From: Gemmata obscuriglobus
GTDB taxonomy: Bacteria; Planctomycetota; Planctomycetia; Gemmatales; Gemmataceae
Direction of reading: 5' to 3'
Assembly (NCBI RefSeq): GCF_008065095.1
Contig: NZ_CP042911.1
Span: forward strand, 6,570,001-6,602,000
DNA length: 32,000 nucleotides
The notes under the pieces were generated by a model, which saw only the letters and a program-made list of their open reading frames with translations, was not told where the DNA came from and made no database searches. Positions within the stretch are counted from its first letter, which is position 1. Each line of letters starts with the position of its first letter. The position numbers were made by a program, and so were the translations under genes. Below are positions 25,046 to 32,000 of this stretch, one piece after another.

Positions 25046-25122
25046 CTTTGTGGCACAGACATTCCTGTCTGTGTGGCTTGGAGCGCCGGACCCGCACAGG
25101 CAGGAATGTCTGTGCCACAAGG
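25046..25122. repeat. REP-like pair of inverted 26-nt units, each itself a small hairpin (CACAGACA-TTCC-TGTCTGTG)
   Basis: TTGTGGCACAGACATTCCTGTCTGTG (25048-25073) versus the reverse complement of 25095-25120 (TTGTGGCACAGACATTCCTGCCTGTG) matches at 25 of 26 positions, with a 21-nt spacer. Lies between the DUF4159 and MoxR genes. Confidence 0.85.
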
Positions 25123-25178
25123 CCAGACCCAACCGACCGGTTCCCCCATTCGCACACCGCGTAACGAAAGGACCGCCC

Positions 25179-26192
25179 GTGACCGCAGCCGGGACCGAAT
25201 TCGAGCAGGACAAGCAGGCGGTCGAGAAGATCCGCGCCGCCCGCGGCGCGATCGAGCGCGAACTCGGCAAGGTGATCATCGGCCAGAAGGAAGCCACGGA
25301 GCAGTTGCTCACCGCGCTGCTCGCGGGCGGGCACTGCCTGATCACCGGGGCGCCGGGGCTGGCCAAAACGCTCCTCGTCCGGTCGCTCGCGCAGCTCTTC
25401 CGACTGAAGTTCGCCCGCATCCAGTTCACCCCGGACCTGATGCCGGCGGACATCACCGGCACCGACATCCTGGAGGACACCGGCGACGGGCGCCGGCGGA
25501 TGCAGTTCGTGAAGGGGCCGATCTTCGCGAACGTGATCCTGGCCGACGAGATCAACCGCACCCCGCCGAAGACCCAGGCCGCGCTGCTCGAGGCGATGCA
25601 GGAGCACCAGGTGACGGCCGGCGGGGTCCGCTACCCGCTGGACGAGCCGTTCTTCGTGCTCGCCACGCAGAACCCGGTGGAGATGGAGGGCACGTACCCG
25701 CTGCCCGAGGCCCAGCTCGACCGGTTCCTCTTCAACGTGGTGGTCGACTACCTGCCGGAAGAGGACGAGGTCGCGGTGGTGCGCCAGACCACCTCCCGGC
25801 GGCCGGCGCCCATCGAGCCGCTGTTCGACGCGGCCGACGTGCTGCGGTTCCACGAGGTGGTGAAGAAGGTGCCGGTGGCGGACGACCTGATCCGGTACGC
25901 CGTGCGGCTGGCCGCCGCCACGCGGCCCGGCCGGGGCGGCGCGCCGGACTTCGTGAACCAGTGGGTGAGCTGGGGGGCCGGGCTGCGGGCGGGCCAGTCG
26001 CTCGTGCTCGGGGCCAAAGCGCGGGCGCTGCTGGAGGGGCGGGCGCACGCCACCCCCGCCGACATCCGCGCGCTGGTCCACCCCACCCTGCGGCACCGCG
26101 TGCTGCTGAGCTACCGCGCGGCGGCCGACGGGGTCTCCGTCGATACGGTGATCGACCGCCTCCTCGAACACGTTAAGGACGCGCCCCGCTGA
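25179..26192 (+). CDS. MoxR-family AAA+ ATPase
   Basis: In-frame GTG 25179 (GAAAGGA 7 nt upstream) of ORF 24393..26192; the upstream part of that ORF reads through the REP element. Walker A ITGAPGLAKT, Walker B ILADEINR, ..PFFVLATQNPVEMEGTYPLPEAQLDRF.. Confidence 0.93.
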   Translation: MTAAGTEFEQDKQAVEKIRAARGAIERELGKVIIGQKEATEQLLTALLAGGHCLITGAPGLAKTLLVRSLAQLFRLKFARIQFTPDLMPADITGTDILEDTGDGRRRMQFVKGPIFANVILADEINRTPPKTQAALLEAMQEHQVTAGGVRYPLDEPFFVLATQNPVEMEGTYPLPEAQLDRFLFNVVVDYLPEEDEVAVVRQTTSRRPAPIEPLFDAADVLRFHEVVKKVPVADDLIRYAVRLAAATRPGRGGAPDFVNQWVSWGAGLRAGQSLVLGAKARALLEGRAHATPADIRALVHPTLRHRVLLSYRAAADGVSVDTVIDRLLEHVKDAPR

Positions 26193-27169
26193 TGCCCGCA
26201 CCCGCGCCAACGCCGACCGCCGCGAACCGCCCGCCGTCGGGCGGGCCGGCACTCATCGACCCCGCGGCCCTGATGCGGATCAAGAGCCTCCAGCTCCGGG
26301 CGCGGGTGATCGTCGAGGGGTTCGAGAAGGGGCTGCACCGCAGCCCGTACCACGGGTTCTCGGCCGAGTTCAGCGAGTACCGCCAGTACACCCCCGGCGA
26401 CGACCCCCGGTACCTCGACTGGCGCCTCTTCGCCCGCTCGGACCGTTACTACATCAAGAAGTTCGAGGACGAAACGAACCTCCGCTGCCACCTGATCGCG
26501 GACGGCAGCCGGTCGATGGGCTACGGGTCCGGGACGGTCACCAAGTGGGACTACGCCCGCACCGCGGCCGCCACGATCGCCTACTTCCTGTCGCGCCAGC
26601 GGGACGCGGTCGGGCTGGTGACGTTCGCCGACCGCGTCGTCGAGTACATCCCGCCCCGCGCCCGCCCGGGCCAGCTCGCGCACCTCACCGCGGCGCTCCA
26701 CCGCGACCCCGGCGGCACCGCCACCGACCTGGTGGGGCCGCTCGGCGAGGCCGGTGCCGTCACCCGCCGGCGCGGGCTGTTCGTCCTGTTCTCCGACCTG
26801 CTCGTGCCCGCCAGCGCGGTTCGGACGGCGATCGGCGGCCTGCGCGCCGCCGGGCACGACGTGATCGTCTTCCGCGTACTGGACCCGCAAGAGGTCCACT
26901 TCCGGTTCGACGCGCCGGGTCTGTTCCGCGACGCGGAGACGGGCCGTGAGGTGTTCGTCGACCCGCGAACGGCGGCCGACGAGTACCGCGCCCGGTTCGC
27001 GGCGCACGCGGCGGACGTGCGGCAAGAATGCACCAGCGCCGGGGCCGATTTCGAGCAGCTCACGACCGACCGCCCGCTCGAACTGGTGCTGTTCGATCTG
27101 CTCCGGGCGCGCGCCCGGCGGGGCCGCGCCGCGGCCCGCAGCGCCCAGAACCGGGGGGGCGGCCGATGA
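26192..27169 (+). CDS. DUF58 domain-containing protein (vWA-like partner of MoxR)
   Basis: ORF 26192..27169. The ATG shares one base with the MoxR stop. ..GLHRSPYHGFSAEFSEYRQYTPGDDPRYLDWRLFARSDRYYIKKFEDE..LIADGSRSM.. Confidence 0.9.
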   Translation: MPAPAPTPTAANRPPSGGPALIDPAALMRIKSLQLRARVIVEGFEKGLHRSPYHGFSAEFSEYRQYTPGDDPRYLDWRLFARSDRYYIKKFEDETNLRCHLIADGSRSMGYGSGTVTKWDYARTAAATIAYFLSRQRDAVGLVTFADRVVEYIPPRARPGQLAHLTAALHRDPGGTATDLVGPLGEAGAVTRRRGLFVLFSDLLVPASAVRTAIGGLRAAGHDVIVFRVLDPQEVHFRFDAPGLFRDAETGREVFVDPRTAADEYRARFAAHAADVRQECTSAGADFEQLTTDRPLELVLFDLLRARARRGRAAARSAQNRGGGR

Positions 27170-29235
27170 GCTTCCTGGCGCCGCTGTACGCGCTCGGCCT
27201 CCTGGCCGTCGCCGCCCCAATCATTTTCCACCTGATCCGCCGGCGGCCGAAGGGTGAGGTGCCGTTCAGCTCGGTGATGTTCCTGACCCCGTCGCCGCCG
27301 CCCCCCGCGAGCCGGCGACGGTTCGACCAGCTCTTGCTGCTCTTGCTGCGGGCCGCCGCCCTGATCCTGCTCGGGCTGGCGTTCATGCGCCCGTTCTTCC
27401 GCCAGGACGCCGCGGCCGACGCCGGCGAGCCGGGGGGCCGCGTGGTCGTGCTGATCGACACCAGCGCGAGCATGCGCCGCGGCGACGTGTGGAAGCGGGC
27501 CGTCGCCAGCGCCGACGCCGCGCTGGCCGAGTGCCGGCCGACCGACCGCGTGGCCGTGTACGCGTTCGACCGCACGGTTCGCCCCGTTCTGGGGTTCGCC
27601 GAGGCCGACCGGCTCGAACCGCACCAGCGGGTCGCCGTCGCCCGGGACCGGTTGACCCAACTGACCCCGACCTGGGGCGGCACCGAACTCGGGCGGGCGC
27701 TCGTGGACAGCGCCGGCGCGATCCTCGAAGCCGGTGCCGGCGGGGCGCTGGCGCGCGGGAAGGTGGTGCTGGTCAGCGACCTCCAACAAGGGGCGCGGCT
27801 CATCGAACTGGCGGGTTTCGAATGGCCGGCCGAGGTCACGTTGGACCTGCGCGCGGTGAGTGGCGACGGCGGTAACGCCGGTCTGGCTCTGCTGACCGAC
27901 CGCCCCGACCCGGAACCGGGCGGCACCGCGGCACCGTTCCGCGTGCGCGTGACCAATTCCGCCGGCGCGAACCAGGAGCAGTTCCGTCTCGTCTGGGACG
28001 GGGTGAACGGGCCTGCCGTCGAGGCATACGTTCCGCCGGGCGAAAGCCGGGTCGTGAAGGTCCCGCGCCCGCCCGCGGGCGGCCCGGCGCCGACGCTCCG
28101 ACTCACCGGCGACGCGCACGCCTTCGACAACGCGCTGTACTTCGCCGGGGCACGGCGGCAGGAGTTGACCGTGCTGTTCCTGGGCGCGGACGCGGCCTCC
28201 GATCCCGCCGGTCTGCTGTACTTCCTGGAACGCGCATGGGGCGAAACGCCGGAGCGGGTCGTCCGCGTGGTCGCCCGCAAGCCCGGCGACCCGCTGACGT
28301 GGGACGACGTGCGTGCCGCGCCGCTCGTGGTTCTGGCCGGCTCTCCATCCACCGAAAGCACTCAGGTCCTCGACCGCTACCTCCGCGAAGGCGGGGTCGT
28401 GCTGGTCGTCCTGACACCCGCGTCGCCCGCACTACCGGCACTGGCAGGAGCGTCCGACAGTGCCGTCGAGGAGGCGCGGGCGGACCGCTACGCGATGCTG
28501 CGGGACATCACGTTCGATCACCCGCTGTTCGCACCGCTGTCCGGCCCGCAGTTCAGCGACTTCACCAAGGTCCACTTCTGGAAGCACCGGCGGCTCACAG
28601 ACCAGCACCTCCCCGGCGCGCGTGTGCTGGCCCGCTTCGACGACGGCGCTCCGGCCGTTCTCGAAAAGCCGCACGGCAAGGGGCGGGTCGTGGTGCTGGC
28701 CAGCGGCTGGCAGCCGGCCGACAGCCAACTGGCGCGGTCGTCGAAGTTCGTCCCGTTGATGACCGCCCTGCTGGAGCTGCGCGGCGGCCGAGCGGCGACC
28801 GGCGTTACCTACCGGGTGGGCGACCGCGTGCCCGTGTCCGCCGCGAGCGGCGCGACCACGGTTCACAAGCCGGACGGAACTGCCGTCGCCCTGTCCGCGG
28901 ATGCCAACGCGTTCGCGGACACCGACCAGCCCGGCGTGTACGTCCTCGACACCCCGACCGGTCCCCAGTCGTTTGCCGTCAACCTGGACCCGACCGAAAG
29001 CTTGACCGCGACCGTACCCGTGGAAACACTGGAACAGTTGGGGTGTCGGCTGGTGAATCGAGAAGCCGAAAGCCGGCGGACCGAAGCCGAGCGGCAACAA
29101 CAGAACACGGAACTGGAACGGAACCAAGCGGTCTGGCGGGTGCTGCTTCTGGTGGCGATTGTCGTGTTACTCGTCGAAACCGGACTGGCCGGGTGGCGCA
29201 CCCGATCGGGCCGGCGGGAGGTTGCGACGCCGTGA
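27166..29235 (+). CDS. BatA-domain (aerotolerance-regulator N-terminal) plus vWA membrane protein
   Basis: Internal ATG 27166 of ORF 27028..29235 (ATGA overlap with the DUF58 stop). MSFLAPLYALGLLAVAAPIIFHLIRRRPK.., second TM, vWA MIDAS-like VVVLIDTSASM, C-terminal TM AVWRVLLLVAIVVLLVETGLAGW. Confidence 0.88.
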   Translation: MSFLAPLYALGLLAVAAPIIFHLIRRRPKGEVPFSSVMFLTPSPPPPASRRRFDQLLLLLLRAAALILLGLAFMRPFFRQDAAADAGEPGGRVVVLIDTSASMRRGDVWKRAVASADAALAECRPTDRVAVYAFDRTVRPVLGFAEADRLEPHQRVAVARDRLTQLTPTWGGTELGRALVDSAGAILEAGAGGALARGKVVLVSDLQQGARLIELAGFEWPAEVTLDLRAVSGDGGNAGLALLTDRPDPEPGGTAAPFRVRVTNSAGANQEQFRLVWDGVNGPAVEAYVPPGESRVVKVPRPPAGGPAPTLRLTGDAHAFDNALYFAGARRQELTVLFLGADAASDPAGLLYFLERAWGETPERVVRVVARKPGDPLTWDDVRAAPLVVLAGSPSTESTQVLDRYLREGGVVLVVLTPASPALPALAGASDSAVEEARADRYAMLRDITFDHPLFAPLSGPQFSDFTKVHFWKHRRLTDQHLPGARVLARFDDGAPAVLEKPHGKGRVVVLASGWQPADSQLARSSKFVPLMTALLELRGGRAATGVTYRVGDRVPVSAASGATTVHKPDGTAVALSADANAFADTDQPGVYVLDTPTGPQSFAVNLDPTESLTATVPVETLEQLGCRLVNREAESRRTEAERQQQNTELERNQAVWRVLLLVAIVVLLVETGLAGWRTRSGRREVATP

Positions 29236-32000
29236 ATGCCAACACAGAACTTTGGGCGGTGTTGGACCGCATCGGCGCGCGATTCCGCCGCGTCCGACTG
29301 CTCGGCGGGCTCGCCGCGTGCTGGGCTGTGCTCGCTCTGCTCGGGCTCGCCGCAGGCGCTCGGCTCGCCGCGGACGGGTCCGCCGCGGGAACGGGCCGGC
29401 TTCTGGCGCTCGCACTCGCGACCGCGGCCGTTGTCGTCGGGGCGGCGTGGTGGGCGGCGTCGCGCCGGGCGGCGCCCGATCGGCTCTGGGTGGCCCGCCG
29501 GATCGAGGCGCAGCACCCGGACCTGTCGGCCCTACTGTTAGCCGCGGTCGACCAGCACCCGGGACCGGACGGGCGGTTCAGCTTCCTCCAGGCGACCGTG
29601 CTGGAGTCGGCCGTCGAGCACAGCCGAGCACACGACTGGGACGAGGCCGTTCCGCCCCGCCGGTTAACGCTCACGCGTGTCGCGCACGGGCTGGCGCTGG
29701 CCGGGCTCGTGGTGGTCGTGGGGTGGCTCGGGTTCCGAACCGCGGCGACGGCCGGTGACAACGCCGGAGCACCGGTTGCGGGCGAGACGTTCGGGGCAGG
29801 CGCGAAGGTCGAAGTGGAACCGGGACACACCGAGATCGAGCGCGGGTCGGCGCTGGTGGTGACGGCCCGTTTCCGCGGGCCGGTCCCGGCGGACGTGACG
29901 TTCGTGACCGAAGGGGCGACGCCGGCTCTTGCACCGCGGGCGATGCAGCGCCAACTGGACGACCCGACCTTCGCGGCGTACGTCCCCTCCGTTACCGCCG
30001 ACCTGACCTACCGGGTCGAGTTCACCGGCGGGCGGAGCGACGACTTTCGCGTCAAGGTGTTCGAGCACCCCGAGCTGCGGAAGGTGAACGCGGGTCTGGT
30101 GTTCCCGAACTATACCGCCCTGGAGCCGAAGACGATCGACGACGTCCGCCACGTCACCGCGGTGGAAGGCACCGAGATCACGTTGTACTGCCACCTCAGC
30201 AAGGCGGTCACCCGGGCGGTACTCGTTGACAAGCAGAAGCAGGAGCAGCCGCTCATTCCGCACGACATCGAGCGTCACGTTTACAAGATCACCCTGACCC
30301 CGACCGCTTCCGAGCGGTATCAGGTGCAACTCGCGGACGCCGACGGCCGCGCCAACAAGCTGCCGGCCGACATCACGATCAACGTGACCCGAAACATGCC
30401 GCCCGTTGTGACGGTGCCGCAACCCGGCCGCGACGCCCGCGTCTCGCCGCTGGAAGAACTGCCGCTCAAAGCCGACCTGCGGGACGATTTCGGGGTCGTG
30501 CGGCACGGCCTCACGGTCACGGCGGTCGGTCAATCTCCCCAAGAGGTCGTGCTGGGGGAGGGCGCCGGGAAGGCGGCCCCGAAGCGGGTGCAGCCCACAC
30601 ACCTGATCGACTTCGAGAAGCTGAAGGCGCAACCGGATCAGGTGGTGTCGTACTACTTCTGGGCCGAGGACATTGGCCCGGACGGCAAGCCACGCCGCAC
30701 CTCCGGGGACATGTACTTCGCGGAGGTCCGCCACTTCGAGGAGATCTTCCGCCAGGGCGAGCAGCAGACCGCCGAGCAGCAAGAGCGGGAGCGCCAGGAG
30801 CGCGAACAGCAGGGTCAACAAGGCGGTAACGCCGAAGCCGCCGACCAGCTCGCGGAGATGCAGAAGCAGATCGTGAACGCCACGTGGCGCCTGATCCGCC
30901 GCGAGGTCTCGATCACCCCGACCGACAAGTTCGCCCCGGATGTCAAGCTGCTCGGCGAGTCGCAGCAGGCGGTCATCGATCGGGCCGGCGCGCTGTCCGA
31001 GCGCCTCCAGGGCGAGTCCGCCGAGCACCTCGGCCGGGCGGTCAAGTTGATGGAAGAGGCGAAGAAGCGGCTCGGCGAATCGGCGGACCAGAACGCCCCC
31101 GGGACGCTGCCCGCCGCGCTGGCGTCGGAACAGGCCGCGTACCAGGCGCTCCTGAAGCTCCGCGCCCGCGAGTTCGACGTGACGCGGAACAACTCCCGCC
31201 AGCAGCGGCAGAGCGGTTCGTCGGCGAACAGCAGCCGCAGCCCCTCCCAGCGGCAGCTCCAGCAACTCGACCTGGCCGACGAGCGGCAGCGGTACGAGAC
31301 CCAGAGCGCCGCCCGCGAGCAGCGCAACCAGCAGGCCCAGCGGGACCGCGAGCAGCGCGAGAACCAGGAGTTGGCCGACCGGCTCAAAGAACTGGCCCGC
31401 CGGCAGACCGACCTGACCGACCGGGTGAAGGAGCTGCAATCGGCGCTCGAGCAGGCCCGGGACCAGAAGCAGAAAGAGGAGCTGCAACAGCAGTTGAAGA
31501 AGCTCCGCGACCAGCAGCAGCAGGTGCTCCGCGACACCGACCAGCTTCAGGAGCGGTTGGAGCAGGAGCAGAACCGCGACCGGCTGGCCGGCGCGCGGGA
31601 GCAGGTCGAGCAGAGCCGCGAGGCCGTCCGGCAGGCGTCCGAGGCGCTCGAGCGCGGCCAGTTGGGGCAGGCGGTCAACGAGGGCACGCGGGCGCAGCGG
31701 CAGCTCGACGCCACGCGCGAGCAACTCCGCCGCGAAACGGCCGCCCGGTTCGGCGAGGAGATGCGCGACCTGCGCCAGCAGGCCCGGAAGCTGGACGACG
31801 AGCAGCAGAAGCTCACCAAACAGCTCGACGAGCTGAAGCAGAGCCCGAAGCCGGGGCTGAACTCCGGCACGGACCGCGAGCAGGTGCAAAAGGGGCTGGA
31901 GGAGCAGAAGAAGCAGCTCGACCAGATCACGGATCGGGTGCAGAAGGTGGTTCAAGAGGCGGAGAAGTCGGAGCCGCAACTGGCGCAGGAGCTGTACAAC
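29232..32000 (+). CDS. Large membrane-anchored coiled-coil protein in the slot after BatA (DUF4175/BatD-like position); 3-prime end beyond the right window edge
   Basis: My own translation from GTG 29232 (GTGA overlap with the BatA stop) stays open to 32000, hence not in the ORF track: VNANTELWAVLDRIGARFRRVRLLGGLAACWAVLALLGLAA.. It has two TM helices, a beta-rich middle (..VEVEPGHTEIERGSALVVTARF.., ..VVSYYFWAEDIGPDGKPRR..), then more than 400 aa of Q/E/R-rich coiled coil (..LKKLRDQQQQVLRDTDQLQERLEQEQNRD..). The 771-aa minus ORF 29664..31979 is its shadow. Confidence 0.75.
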   Translation, partial: MNANTELWAVLDRIGARFRRVRLLGGLAACWAVLALLGLAAGARLAADGSAAGTGRLLALALATAAVVVGAAWWAASRRAAPDRLWVARRIEAQHPDLSALLLAAVDQHPGPDGRFSFLQATVLESAVEHSRAHDWDEAVPPRRLTLTRVAHGLALAGLVVVVGWLGFRTAATAGDNAGAPVAGETFGAGAKVEVEPGHTEIERGSALVVTARFRGPVPADVTFVTEGATPALAPRAMQRQLDDPTFAAYVPSVTADLTYRVEFTGGRSDDFRVKVFEHPELRKVNAGLVFPNYTALEPKTIDDVRHVTAVEGTEITLYCHLSKAVTRAVLVDKQKQEQPLIPHDIERHVYKITLTPTASERYQVQLADADGRANKLPADITINVTRNMPPVVTVPQPGRDARVSPLEELPLKADLRDDFGVVRHGLTVTAVGQSPQEVVLGEGAGKAAPKRVQPTHLIDFEKLKAQPDQVVSYYFWAEDIGPDGKPRRTSGDMYFAEVRHFEEIFRQGEQQTAEQQERERQEREQQGQQGGNAEAADQLAEMQKQIVNATWRLIRREVSITPTDKFAPDVKLLGESQQAVIDRAGALSERLQGESAEHLGRAVKLMEEAKKRLGESADQNAPGTLPAALASEQAAYQALLKLRAREFDVTRNNSRQQRQSGSSANSSRSPSQRQLQQLDLADERQRYETQSAAREQRNQQAQRDREQRENQELADRLKELARRQTDLTDRVKELQSALEQARDQKQKEELQQQLKKLRDQQQQVLRDTDQLQERLEQEQNRDRLAGAREQVEQSREAVRQASEALERGQLGQAVNEGTRAQRQLDATREQLRRETAARFGEEMRDLRQQARKLDDEQQKLTKQLDELKQSPKPGLNSGTDREQVQKGLEEQKKQLDQITDRVQKVVQEAEKSEPQLAQELYN

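Noticed and set aside
24393-25178. 5-prime part of the 599-aa ORF 24393..26192
   Set aside because: It is an off-frame overlap of the DUF4159 gene and reads through the REP-like element. MoxR homology starts only after GTG 25179, which has an SD.
29664-31979. 771-aa minus-strand ORF (Leu/Arg/Gln-rich) and minus ORFs 30815..31537 and 31547..31930
   Set aside because: They are antisense to the Q/E/R-rich coiled-coil gene that starts at 29232. Complementing GAG/CAG/CGC-rich codons gives stop-free Leu/Arg frames.

Overview
GC-rich bacterial chromosomal segment with a strong G/C bias at third codon positions. The gene content fits a Planctomycetota (Gemmataceae-like) genome: a MoxR/DUF58/BatA operon with DUF4159 and a TPR-gluzincin, secreted prenyltransferase-repeat and G8/beta-helix proteins, a Tat-signal intradiol-dioxygenase-like protein, and palindromic intergenic elements. 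The taxon call is inference only. Layout: (i) 1-1978, nadE on the minus strand, running off the left edge and so absent from the ORF track. (ii) 1979-7100, a gene-poor, visibly less GC-rich accessory patch holding a small lipoprotein gene and tRNA-Val(GAC) with its own terminator, flanked on both sides by three decayed transposase genes. (iii) 7286-10896, minus-strand secreted-protein genes. (iv) 11394-19969, one long co-directional minus-strand string (dioxygenase-like, OmpR-type response regulator, histidine kinase, MazG-like, 784-aa membrane protein, ABC ATPase) closed by a 22-bp hairpin. (v) 20229-20723, a STAS-like ORF, then an ~850-bp spacer with an AT-rich perfect 33-bp palindrome. (vi) 21572-32000, a plus-strand, translationally coupled Bat-like operon whose last gene runs off the right edge and is also absent from the track. 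The most unusual signal is in (iv). Two related palindromic elements built from GTTCCAR heptamers sit directly after stop codons. One carries a four-helix-bundle gene (23S rRNA intervening-sequence protein family) in its loop, and the other is an empty 54-bp-stem hairpin. Most long ORFs antisense to the called genes are GC-driven shadow ORFs.
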